The position numbers and the translations under genes are program-made. Under the pieces are notes generated by a model. The model searched no databases. It worked only from the letters and a program-made list of their open reading frames with translations, and was not told where the DNA came from. This document shows, one piece after another, positions 28,605 through 38,800 of a stretch of DNA of 64,000 nucleotides. Source of the stretch: Candidatus Latescibacterota bacterium (GTDB taxonomy: Bacteria; Latescibacterota; UBA2968; GCA-2709665); assembly GCA_965205485.1 (NCBI GenBank), contig OZ242180.1, positions 2,383,422 through 2,447,421 of the forward strand. Direction: 5' to 3'. Position 1 is the stretch's first letter. Each line of letters starts with the position of its first letter.

Positions 28605-29053
28605 GTTGTTTCTTCGAGTTCTATCGAACCGTTTGAGATAGCTTCCGACAACCCCGAGTCAAAGAGCCACTGGGAATTTCCGTCTACCGAGCCATTACGC
28701 GAGTCAATATCAAGCAGATCTCCCAGCCAGGAAATCGTTATCAATTCGAGACCGTACCGGCTTAGAACATCAAGGGATAGGTCTGATTTGAGATATGGTG
28801 CGAAAATTTCATTAGCATCAATCTTGTAGTCAGGTTTTGCCAGATTATCTGCCGTAGATGCCGCCGTCCAAAGATAAAGGTAGTCGGGGAGGACAAGGAG
28901 GAAGTATGGAACCGGCGGCAAGAATGCATGGGCCAGCAGATTTCGCCGCATAAGTGTGGCCCACTCCGCAGAAGAGACAGGCGCCTTCTTGATTTCCACG
29001 ACGAGTTGCAGGCTTCCATCCGCGCCGGACACCGCTATATCGACATTTTTCAT
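28601..29053 (-). CDS. Hypothetical protein with PD-(D/E)XK-like motif, translationally coupled to the PIN gene
   Basis: VDIAV...LVVEIK. 4-nt overlap with the PIN gene. Confidence 0.6.
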   Translation of the reverse strand: MKNVDIAVSGADGSLQLVVEIKKAPVSSAEWATLMRRNLLAHAFLPPVPYFLLVLPDYLYLWTAASTADNLAKPDYKIDANEIFAPYLKSDLSLDVLSRYGLELITISWLGDLLDIDSRNGSVDGNSQWLFDSGLSEAISNGSIELEETT

Positions 29054-29392
29054 TTTCAGGTCCTTGACTCAATGACTGGCGTTATATCCTTGCAGCATGC
29101 ACCAATGAATTCTTGAATCAGCGACGCCAGTTCGTCGGTCTATCGCTTACGGCTTGATAATACCCACGCTCTCCGCCCGTGTCAAGGGATTGCCGCGAGA
29201 AAAACAGCCTCATGCTGCCTCGCGAGCCATCCCCGCATTCTCGACGATTCGGACTACTACTCAACCTCGCTCGATCATCCTTCGGTCGGCAGACTTCCGC
29301 ACCTGCAACTCACTACGTTTCTTGAACAGCTGACAAGATGGTAAAACAGGAGCGGGAATTGTAGGTGGTGACGGAGGCAGGGATCCGATACC

Positions 29393-31441
29393 CTATCGAA
29401 GCGGTTGTTTCACTCGATTGAAGTCAACCTTGTACCGATCGAGGGCCTTGAGCGCCTTGTTCCGGGGATGGGGATATACGTCGCGTGACTTTCTGAAGGA
29501 CATGACGGCGGCGTTTGTCCGGCCCTGATTCTGAAGCAGCCTTCCCTTCTGATAGTACAGCTCGGCAAGCGTCTTCTTCTTCAACGCTTCATGCCTGAGC
29601 ATCTCCGCCCTGGTCAACCACTTTCCCACCTGCTCCCAGTTCGAGCTGTTTCCGTTGTCCAGTACGACCGAGGCCATACCCAGAAGGCTCGCGTAACTGC
29701 CGTGTGCGAGCCTGAACGGTTCCTGCAATTGCTCGAACACCGGGTCCCCGGTAAAATATGCCAATCCCAGATAGCGCCCGTAGTGGAACAGCATTTCGTT
29801 CCGGCGGACCCGCTCCCAGCGGTCGGTGGGTTTCCGGTTGATGAGCTGTACGAAGAATTCTTCGCCGCGAGGATGGCGCTTCAGCTTGATCGTCCCCGGT
29901 TTCCCGCCCCTTGCAGCTTCCATCAGGAAGCCGTAGACGCGTAACTCACGGTTGGGATAGATATCGACGTCCAGGGGCAAGAAGATCGCCCGTTCGTTCG
30001 AATCGATAAACCGTTCGAGTACCGCATCCCTCTTCTTTGTCGACATGAACGGGTTGAACAGGCGTTCGCCGTATACGAGACCCTGCAGATTGTACAATGT
30101 GACATCCGGACGGCGGTTTTCGACGTATCGATAATAGCCGATCGGCCCGGTTGTATCTCCGAAGACGAACAGGACAGCGTCTTCCGGCAAGAGGTCCAGC
30201 TGCATTTCAGCATGCCGCTCGGCGAAGTCGTTTTCGGCCCTGTCGTTTGGCTTCCAGTGGGATTGGACTGACCACCAGACCAGGCAGACCCCGGCGAGCA
30301 CAGCAGCAGAGATTCCTACCTTCGGACCGTACGGCGTTTTGTCTGTGAATTTTCCCTTCAGCCAGTGGCAGACACACTGTAGTCCGATGCCCAGCCACAA
30401 CGCCAGAAGACCGTAACACAATATCGAATACGGCCGGAAGACCGCGACCTGGAAATAGTCAAAATCGAAGCGCAGCAGGACGATCAGCACAATGCTGTTT
30501 GTAAGGAAAACCAGCAATCCCGATACCGCAATATCGGTTTGGCGCTTGCGAAACAGGAGCATCAGGCCGAGCACCGACAGCGCGAATCCCGGTAACGTCA
30601 ATTGCCAAAGGAATTCGTTTCCGAGCCACTGCATGAACCTGAACCGGTCATTCCATCCGGCGCTTGGGCTGATGTCGACTTCGACATACCCCTGCCGGCT
30701 GAAGTAGAACCAGAACGCCTTCAGGGAATCGATCGAACCGTAGAAATTGATCAGAACGTCCTGGTGAGACCGCCAGACCATCCAGGCATAGGGCAATACC
30801 GCGCAGCATGCGAGAACGGCGAGGAGCAGCGGAAGCTTCCTGTAGAGATTCCGCCGAACGGTAAAGGCCAGCACCGCGAGTCCGGGTGCTGACAGCACCG
30901 TGAGCGGCACGTGATTGGCCAGGCTAAATCCGTAAGCCGCGGCGGCGGCAATCCAGATGCCGGTGCGGTGAGGGTGACGGACGCCGTACAGCATCAGCGC
31001 GTAGATGCCAAAGAAAAACAGCGCATTGAGCGTGTAGACCTCGGTGACGACGGCCTGAGACCAGAAATGCTCTGAGGCGGCAAACAGCACGGAGGCTGTC
31101 AGGGCGGGAATGGGCGAGGCGCCGATCAGACGGATGCAAATGTAGACGCAGCCGCACGCGAGGGCGCCCAGCGTCGCGCTGGACAGATGGCCGAGGACGG
31201 CGACGCTGCCGAAGGGAAACTGCGTGAAGAGGTAGACGATCAGCGTAAAGAGAGGATATCCCGGCGGATGGGCGACACCCAGGTGCGCGCCGGCCATCAG
31301 GAACAACCCGTCGTCTTCCAACACGACGGTGCGAGGCATCGTCAGAACGTACAGAACCAGCGGCGCCAGGATAGAGGCAACCAGAGCCGTGCCATCGCGA
31401 AACGGCTCGATCGATCCGCGCCTGGAGTGCGCGCGCATCAT
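29393..31441 (-). CDS. DUF2723 (TMEM260-like GT-C glycosyltransferase) with C-terminal TPR
   Basis: EDDG, LGVAHPPGYPLF, FWSQAVVTEVYTLN, many TM helices, RRPDV. Confidence 0.85.
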   Translation of the reverse strand: MMRAHSRRGSIEPFRDGTALVASILAPLVLYVLTMPRTVVLEDDGLFLMAGAHLGVAHPPGYPLFTLIVYLFTQFPFGSVAVLGHLSSATLGALACGCVYICIRLIGASPIPALTASVLFAASEHFWSQAVVTEVYTLNALFFFGIYALMLYGVRHPHRTGIWIAAAAAYGFSLANHVPLTVLSAPGLAVLAFTVRRNLYRKLPLLLAVLACCAVLPYAWMVWRSHQDVLINFYGSIDSLKAFWFYFSRQGYVEVDISPSAGWNDRFRFMQWLGNEFLWQLTLPGFALSVLGLMLLFRKRQTDIAVSGLLVFLTNSIVLIVLLRFDFDYFQVAVFRPYSILCYGLLALWLGIGLQCVCHWLKGKFTDKTPYGPKVGISAAVLAGVCLVWWSVQSHWKPNDRAENDFAERHAEMQLDLLPEDAVLFVFGDTTGPIGYYRYVENRRPDVTLYNLQGLVYGERLFNPFMSTKKRDAVLERFIDSNERAIFLPLDVDIYPNRELRVYGFLMEAARGGKPGTIKLKRHPRGEEFFVQLINRKPTDRWERVRRNEMLFHYGRYLGLAYFTGDPVFEQLQEPFRLAHGSYASLLGMASVVLDNGNSSNWEQVGKWLTRAEMLRHEALKKKTLAELYYQKGRLLQNQGRTNAAVMSFRKSRDVYPHPRNKALKALDRYKVDFNRVKQPLR

Positions 31442-32001
31442 CCGGTACCGTCCTGCACGTTATCCCCAGCCTCGGGAGGGGCCTCGCGAAATGTCCAGAG
31501 AGAATTGACGGAATAGTTCAGCACACCGGCGGGGGCGATCGCACACCCCTGCAGGATTACCAGCGGCACATCCGCGAACTGTACGGAAAGCAGGACGAAC
31601 GTGCCGTAACTCAACATTAGCGACACGAGCGATACAAGATGATATTTCAACCCCCGAATCCGGCGCTTTCCTGGCAGCGAGCGACTCCCGAAGGTCCAGT
31701 AGTTGTTGAGCAGAAAATTGGAGACGATGGACAGCTCGATCGCAATCGGCGACGCCAGCAGCGCGTGTACGCCGAGATTGAGCATCAATTGAAACGAACC
31801 GAGATTCACAACCACGCCGCCAAGGCCCGTGAGCGCGAATTTTCCGAATGTCGGAGAAAGTAATTTTCCGAATAGACGCATGGAATTCGATGGGATGCGG
31901 GTGGTGAACAGATACGGTACGGAACGCGCCTGAGAACCCTGGCGTTCGAAGAGATTCAACAAGCGTGCGTACCACGGCGTACGCAGCGATGGTGTCTCCA
32001 A
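31438..32001 (-). CDS. GtrA family protein
   Basis: KFALTGLGGVVVN, SNFLLNNYWTF, LNYSVNSLWTF. Start uncertain. Confidence 0.8.
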   Translation of the reverse strand: METPSLRTPWYARLLNLFERQGSQARSVPYLFTTRIPSNSMRLFGKLLSPTFGKFALTGLGGVVVNLGSFQLMLNLGVHALLASPIAIELSIVSNFLLNNYWTFGSRSLPGKRRIRGLKYHLVSLVSLMLSYGTFVLLSVQFADVPLVILQGCAIAPAGVLNYSVNSLWTFREAPPEAGDNVQDGTG

Positions 32002-32154
32002 GTTTAACGATATCCGCTCTCCTCGGCAACAGTTACGGGATGTCGAATGTGGCGGGTCGTACCCCGCTTAGTTTTTCGTTGACTTCACAGACATCAGACA
32101 ACTGACCGTCGAACGCGCGCCGAATTCATACATCCGACCGCTTCTGTCGAGACA

Positions 32155-32188
32155 CACACCGGTGGCTCTTGCCAACGGTGTTTTTTTA
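32155..32188 (+). terminator. Intrinsic terminator-like hairpin upstream of the peptide cluster
   Basis: CACCGGTGGC-TCTT-GCCAACGGTG followed by a T-run. Confidence 0.55.
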
Positions 32189-32218
32189 TGTGGTGACGCT
32201 ACTTCTCAGGTTCGGAGC

Positions 32219-32264
32219 GGTGCAAGATGCAACATGGTTTCATCCGGGTGACGCAGAATGGAAC
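32219..32264. promoter_or_regulatory. Putative enhancer (UAS) pair for a sigma54 activator
   Basis: GGTGCA-AGA-TGCAAC (32219-32233) and GACGCA-GAA-TGGAAC (32250-32264). The same motif recurs at 41684-41717. Confidence 0.55.
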
Positions 32265-32363
32265 ACATCGTTCAGCAACCGGACGTCGACAAACGGGCTG
32301 CAGGGAGGCTGGCGATTTTTTCTCTTTTGCACTCCAGACAGTTAGGTCCCGGGGTATTGTGAG

Positions 32364-32379
32364 TGGCACAATCCTTGCG
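32364..32379 (+). promoter_or_regulatory. sigma54 (-24/-12) promoter of the precursor peptide genes
   Basis: TGGCACAATCCTTGCG: GG-N10-GC with TGGCAC and TTGC. Confidence 0.75.
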
Positions 32380-32606
32380 AGTCCAATTCGTCGAAGGAGG
32401 CGCGATACGTGCACGAGACGCGTGGCTCGATGTCTCCAATGATTCGCATCAAGAGCAGCGCCAAAGGGGGTGTGTCGAGACCGCGAAATGACACGCATAA
32501 CCCTTTGTAAATCAAGACATTTTGGCGGCGCACATCAGCATACGGTTTATCAGGAAACGGCATCGTTTGGTTGTCGCCGGGATGTCTACGAAAGGAGGTG
32601 ATTGAC

Positions 32607-32810
32607 ATGAAGAGACGCATTGCATCACGCCTTGTAGACACGTCCGGAATTCCGTCTCGGTTGCCCATCCGGACGGAGGACCTGACTGACGGGCAGACGG
32701 CTCGCATCTCCGGTGGAGCCATACGCTGGCGGGCGATACTGAAAGATGTGTTCGGCATCGATCTGGGCACGAATTTGCCGGAAACAGGCGCGGCTGGTCC
32801 ATTGCTGTAG
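32607..32810 (+). CDS. Double-glycine leader peptide precursor 1 (bacteriocin/RiPP)
   Basis: AAAGGAGGTG RBS. 37-aa leader ending EDLTDGQTARISGG. Core AIRWRAILKDVFGIDLGTNLPETGAAGPLL. Confidence 0.8.
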   Translation: MKRRIASRLVDTSGIPSRLPIRTEDLTDGQTARISGGAIRWRAILKDVFGIDLGTNLPETGAAGPLL

Positions 32811-32894
32811 TATTCGAGTTGCATACCAACCAGGTATGTTGCCTGGAAAATCAAACAGGATGTCATACGGACACAATAGAAAGGAATTGACGAA

Positions 32895-33083
32895 ATGACG
32901 GACCAGATCCTTGCCACGTCAGCTCAGGCATCTGTGGCCTGCGCTCAACTCCCAGAACAAGAAATCGGCCTGGCACGTCGTGAGATGGTGAATACATCGG
33001 GGGGTCTTCTACCACCAATTCCGCTTCCTTTAGCCCGTCTGATTGCCGAGATCATCAAGGATTACCTTGACGACGGGGATTGA
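32895..33083 (+). CDS. Double-glycine leader peptide precursor 2
   Basis: GAAAGGA RBS. 37-aa leader ending LARREMVNTSGG. Core LLPPIPLPLARLIAEIIKDYLDDGD. Confidence 0.75.
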   Translation: MTDQILATSAQASVACAQLPEQEIGLARREMVNTSGGLLPPIPLPLARLIAEIIKDYLDDGD

Positions 33084-33532
33084 AGTGGGGGCCAACAGGA
33101 CGAAGTCTCTCCCATTCGCCGGCCTCCGCTGTTGTGAATTCGAACTGAATCTTCAACGACCTCGTTTTTCCAATCTGATCTTCTCCAATAGCGAAGACGA
33201 AGCCGCAAGGGTCGTCAGCGATCTGAAAACTCAACGAGTTGTGGCGATTCTGGGGAGATCCGAAAACGGCTACTTTCTGCGCATCGTTGAAGCGGCCAGA
33301 AAAAACGTGCATTAATGGCAGAGCGGATTAGTTTTAGGTTTGGGGTGAGTTCTGTGGCCTGCCATCAACCTATCGGAGGTCTCGGTGCCTCCGGCGCGGT
33401 CGGAGATCGCGTAAACGGTTTAGCCGAAATTTTCAGATCCATAGCCGTCTCGTGTTGCCAGCGTTTCGGCGAAGCTACAAACACAACGGACGTTAACTTC
33501 GGGATAATCGACTGACTCTACAGGAGGTAATC

Positions 33533-33817
33533 ATGACTCATGCATTGGCGAATCCGATGGCGACTGATGGCGGTCTTATGGTCGTAGACTGCAATCCGCT
33601 TCAGCGGCAGGAAGAAACGCTTAACAGCGGGCAAATGGGAGACACACAGGGCGGAATCTTGATTGGACCGGCCCTTTACTTGATTGCAAAAGCCGCTGCA
33701 CCCTATGTGGCGGGTGCTGTTACTGCAATCGTCGTTGGAGTGGTTCTCGCTGAGATTGCGCCGAACAACGGGTGCAATAGCTGTACGTGCAACACAAGGC
33801 CACCTGGACGCCGTTAG
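33533..33817 (+). CDS. Double-glycine leader peptide precursor 3 (class II bacteriocin-like)
   Basis: AGGAGGT RBS. 41-aa leader ending ETLNSGQMGDTQGG. Hydrophobic 53-aa core ending CNSCTCNTRPPGRR. Confidence 0.82.
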   Translation: MTHALANPMATDGGLMVVDCNPLQRQEETLNSGQMGDTQGGILIGPALYLIAKAAAPYVAGAVTAIVVGVVLAEIAPNNGCNSCTCNTRPPGRR

Positions 33818-33826
33818 GTTTCGTGC

Positions 33827-33861
33827 GTGGGATAGGAGCGATTTGTTCGCTCCTATCCCAC
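33827..33861 (+). terminator. Perfect 15-bp stem-loop after precursor 3 (stabiliser/attenuator)
   Basis: GTGGGATAGGAGCGA-TTTGT-TCGCTCCTATCCCAC. No strong U-tract. Confidence 0.7.
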
Positions 33862-33894
33862 AAAGACCAATAGACACAACACTGGAGGTCCCGG

Positions 33895-34707
33895 ATGAAG
33901 GACATCATCCACACACGATCGCGGAGGGGTTGGGTCTTCGCGGCCATATCGTACACGCTGTTTTCCGTTGTGCCTGCTCTGCTGATTCTCAGATACGTCA
34001 TTCAAATCGATCTTGCGATCCTGACAGCGGTCCTGGCCAGTCAGGCAGTGTCGTTTATAATCTTCCGAAAAAAGCTCTATGAAACTGCAGCGGTAATGAT
34101 GAGCGCGGTCCGCGGATTACTTGAGTCGAGTCCCGGCGCTATTGAACCAGGCCAGGATTCTAACGTCACCGAAGTGATTCTTGAAAAACAAGAGATGTAC
34201 AGTTTATACTTTTTGATGTTCTGGATTTCGGGAATGTCTGTCATCGGGGTAGATGCTTTGCTTCCGTGGGCAATAGAACTGCGATTTCCTCTTGTTGATC
34301 TATGGAAATTGATTGGAGGATTAATCGCCTTGTATGTGATTCACGAAGCGCTTCACGGTCTCGCCGCGATGGCGTGGGGAAAAATTCCATTTAGTTCGCT
34401 GCACTTTGGAATCAACGTGCGATTAATGGCCTTTTACTGCCACGCTGACAAACCGATGACACTGAGCGCATACCGGGCATTCGCGCTACTGCCGTTAATC
34501 GTAACAACACCTGCCGCGGTTTTAGTTCTGTCGTTTGATCCGGCGATCTGGTCGGTCTTGATACTATGTTCCACGTTTGCCGGGGGCGCGGGAGATGTGA
34601 TGGTTTTTTTCAAGGCTCGCAGGTATGACAATGACAGTTGGATTCAGGATCATTTGTCAGAAGTGGGTTTCACAATGTTTCCCGCAGGGGAGACACCCGC
34701 ACGCTAA
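33895..34707 (+). CDS. DUF3267 family putative zincin membrane metalloprotease
   Basis: GGAGG RBS. IHEALHG, FYCH, LLPLIV, GDV, IQDH...GF. Multiple TM helices. Confidence 0.8.
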   Translation: MKDIIHTRSRRGWVFAAISYTLFSVVPALLILRYVIQIDLAILTAVLASQAVSFIIFRKKLYETAAVMMSAVRGLLESSPGAIEPGQDSNVTEVILEKQEMYSLYFLMFWISGMSVIGVDALLPWAIELRFPLVDLWKLIGGLIALYVIHEALHGLAAMAWGKIPFSSLHFGINVRLMAFYCHADKPMTLSAYRAFALLPLIVTTPAAVLVLSFDPAIWSVLILCSTFAGGAGDVMVFFKARRYDNDSWIQDHLSEVGFTMFPAGETPAR

Positions 34708-34828
34708 GCGACCGTAAACGGAACCGCTACAAGGGTATCCGGCAGGCGCATTACAAGAACATGGATGACTTCCACGACGTTCGGTTAAGGTAGTTCCACC
34801 TAACATCCCGCCGGCATCTACAATCGAT

Positions 34829-35430
34829 ATGGATTCACAAGAGATCACCAACAGGGATTCCCACGAGGTCCTCACGATCCGGACAGGCGCGCTTGCGATG
34901 TTCCTGCTTTCGCTTGTGATGTTTTTTGTCGCGGTAAACGTGGCCCGTGTGGTGCACTCGGGCTTGTCCGGATGGAATATTGACCTCCAGCCGGACAGTT
35001 TCAATCTGTGGGTGTTTCTGGGAAGTCTCGTCTTGCTGGTGGTTGTCCACGAAGCGTTGCATGCCCTGGCCGCATTGCTGTGGGAAAGGCGCATTTAAGT
35101 TCGATTCGTTTCGGGTACAATTTGAAATGGCTCATCGCCTACTGTCATTGCTCGAGCCTGATGAGGAAGCGCGCCTTTCGCAGATTCCTGCTGTTGCCCC
35201 TCGCGGTCACAGTGCCGTTTGCCGGTCTTTTCCTTCTGTTGTACCCGTTTTTGTGGACACTCCTGCTCTTCAGTTTGAGTTTTTCTGCATGTGCGGGGGA
35301 TGTGTTGATTGATTTCAAGGTCCAGAATTTGCCCGCCGACCTGTGGGTTCAGGATCACCCTTCGGAAATCGGATGCTATGTCTGGCCTGAAGGGCAATCT
35401 CCGCCAGGTGGTGGAGTGTATCGGGGGTAG
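34829..35430 (+). pseudogene. Second DUF3267 paralogue, split by a 1-nt frameshift near 35082-35084
   Basis: VHEALHALAALLW in one frame continues as GKAHLSSIRFG..AYCH..GDV..VQDHPSEIG in another. One extra G in TGGGAAAG restores W-G-K as in the paralogue. Confidence 0.8.
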
Positions 35431-35855
35431 CGTTCACTGCGCTAGGACTGTGGTGGTTTGCCCGGGTTTCACAGACCGCGCAACGTGTTTCCGATGGCCA
35501 GGATCCGCTTGCGGATGCCGAGACCGATGCAGTTTAGGGCCTGATCGGTTGCTCTTGGCCGTGATCATAGTCGAATCGGACAGGGGTTACTCAAGCCTGG
35601 CGTTTGGTCGATAATACGCAATGGAATACTAAATATAATATGTTTCAATACTAATTATAGTATGTATCGGCAAGTATTCGCGGACTTCGGGCGTGGCAAG
35701 CTAGAATTGAGCGGCTTGTTAAGGATTGCCCTTCGAGGCCGGAAAATCCCGGATCTCCGGCAGGAAGAACCCCTGGTAACCGGCGAATCGCCCTCGGTCG
35801 GAAATCGATCTACATCCGGAAACGCCAATAATCCTTCCATTTCGGGAAAGGAACT

Positions 35856-38800
35856 ATGGACGTCTTTACCCACTTTTCTCAGGCGTCGAATCAAACGGAA
35901 TCCGTACGGTTTCGCTTCGGAGAGATTGTAATTGTACAAGGGGCGCCTGGCGATGCGTTCTACATGCTAAAATCGGGCCGGCTGCGAGTAATCAAACGGA
36001 ATACGGACGGCCAACCTGAAACCGTGGGATTTCTTTATGCCGGCGACCACTTTGGCGAGGGCGCGCTGTTGACGGGGCAGGGACATCGGGCGGTGGTGCG
36101 AGCCGCGGAGGATTCCGTGGTGCTGAAGGTGTCGCGGGATGAATTCCTCGATGTATTGAAGAAGGAGCCGGAGCTGGAGGCCTATCTGCAGGACCAGGTT
36201 GCGAATATCGCGTACCGGGACTTCACGAGGTATCTGAAGGGGTCCGTTTCCGGGGATGGCATGCGGGAGCTGTTCCAACGTCTGAAGCGAGAGGAGGTCG
36301 CAGCGGGCGCGTCGTTCACGCAATCCGGTCACACGAGCGAGCGTTTCTGCGTGGTGGGCAGCGGCGGGTTGGACGTGATGCTTGAGGACGGAAGCACGCA
36401 CTCGCTCGACGCCGGGGATTTTTTCGAAGAGACGGATTCTACTGTCGGCGGCTCACGGACGATCCGCAGCCGGGTGAATAGCGTTATCTACGTCTTGGAA
36501 AAGCCTGACCTGGAAAGCCTGAGTCAATCAATCCTTGCATTAACGCCCTTGAGAGAGATGGCACGGCGATTGTACAAGGAACCGGCACCGGACAGGTCGA
36601 TGTCCCGCGAGATTCAATCGGGCGGAATTCACGTCCACACGGAAACGGCGGCGGTGAACAACGCCGTTGCGGCGAACGGCGGGCCATACGATGTCCCGAA
36701 TTCCAGGACATCTGACGAGCAGCGCAGAACATCGACGGCGTTTCGTTTTCCGTTTCTGAAACAACACGATCAGTCCGACTGCGGGGCGGCGTGTCTGGGG
36801 ATGATCTGCAAGTATTTCAGGATGCCGATCGGGTTGAACCGGCTGCGGGACATGTGCAACGTGTCGCGGGACGGCACGTCGATGGCGGCATTGGCAGAAG
36901 CGGCGGAGACGCTTGGATTTGTCACGCGGGGCGTGCGCACCGGCTACGAAGCGTTGATGCGAACGGAATTGCCGGCCATTCTGCACTGGGAAGGCAACCA
37001 TTTCGTTGTCCTGTATGAGATCAACAAGAAGGGTGTGAAAATCGCGGATCCGGGCGTGGGTATTCGCAGATTGGCCCGGAGGGAGTTCGAGAAGAGCTGG
37101 ACCAACATGGCGTTGCTCCTTGAATACACGGATCAAGTGGCGGAGAATGAACCCTCCAGATCTTCCTTCAAGCGTTTTTTCCCGTTGATCAAGCCCTATA
37201 CGGCCATTCTGGTCGAGGTCCTGCTGGCGTCCCTGGTACTCAGCCTGTTGGGCCTTGCCTCGCCGGTTTTTACGCAAACTATAGTCGACCAGGTGCTGGT
37301 GCATCACGACGAGGACCTTCTGAACCTGATGCTCGCGGGTATGGTCGTCGTGGCGCTCTTCCAGATGGGGACATCGACGCTGCGCGCGTATCTGATCGGA
37401 TATATCAGCGCCAGGTTGAGCCTCACGATGTTGTCGCGGTTCTACCGCCATCTGCTGGGCCTGTCCATGCGGTTCTTTGCGTTGCGCCGCACCGGCGATC
37501 TGACCACGCGATTCAAGGAAAACGCGACGATCCAGCGGCTCTTCACCGACACGACCATTTCGGCGATCCTCGATTTTATCATGTTGTTCGTCTATCTTGG
37601 GCTGATGTTCTACTACAATTGGGAGTTGACGCTCGTGATGTTGATTTTCGTGCCGCTCTCGGTAGGGCTCACGCTGATCTATACCCCGATCCTGAAGTCC
37701 TTCAGCCAGCGGGCATTTCTCGCTCGCGCCGAACAGTCCTCCGTACTGATCGATTCGCTGCACGGAATCGACGTTGTGAAAGCCGAAGCGGTCGAACGGG
37801 TAACGAGATGGCAGTGGGAGGGCAAATTTACAAGGGAAATCCAGATCGGATTCCGACGATTGAAAATGGAGATGCTGTTCGGCGCAGGCGGTAGTATGAT
37901 CAATCTCCTGAGTTCCACGGTGATTCTGTGGTATGGCGCCTCTCTGGTTATCGACGGTGAGTTGTCAGTCGGTCAATTGATGGCTTTCAATGCCCTTATC
38001 GGCAACGTGATGGGACCCATAATGGGATTGATCGGCGTGTGGCCCGAGGTTCAGGAAGCCCGGGTCGCCCTGGACAGGCTGAATGACGTCTATGACTCTA
38101 AGATGGAAAGTGCGCGCCAGCGCGGACACGGCCTGAGACTGAAGCAGGTTGAAGGCCGTCTGATTTTCGAAAACGTGTTCTTCAGGTACGGCGTTGGAAC
38201 CGATGAACCCTACGTCTTGAACAACATCGACCTGGAACTGAAGCCTGGACGAAAGGTCGCCATCGTCGGCCGCAGCGGCGCCGGAAAAACCACGCTCGTC
38301 AAGCTCGTGCCCCGCCTGTTCGATCCCACGGAAGGGCGCGTGCTGCTGGACGGGATGGATATGCGCGATTTCGACCCTCACTGGCTGCGCCGCCAGGTGG
38401 GCATGGTTATGCAGGACTCTTTTCTATTCAGCGGAACCATTGCGGAGAACATCGCGGTCGGAGAACCGGACGCGAATATGGACCGCCTCCTGGAAGTCGC
38501 GAAATTGGCATGCGTTCACGACTTCGTAAACGAGATGCCCCTGGGATACGAGACGAAGGTGGGCGAACAGGGAATCGGATTGTCCGGCGGCCAGCGGCAA
38601 CGTGTTGCGATCGCGCGCGCGCTGTACCGCGATCCGGGAATACTGATCTTCGACGAAGCGACAAATGCGCTGGATACGGACTCGGAGGCTGCGATCCAGA
38701 CCAATCTGGCGCTGTTCCTGGAAAATCGCACGTCCCTGGTCATCGCCCATCGCCTGAGCACGGTGAGGGATGCGGACACGATTCTCGTAATGGAAAAGGG

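Noticed and set aside
33043-33515. ORFs 33043-33315 and 33315-33515 as additional precursors
   Set aside because: No convincing RBS or double-glycine leader consensus (one GG but no L-x..E/Q-x..GG pattern). Left unannotated.
35081-35090. Programmed -1 frameshift at GGGAAAG
   Set aside because: The zero-frame codons are TGG GAA AGG, so the heptamer is not in X XXY YYZ phase.
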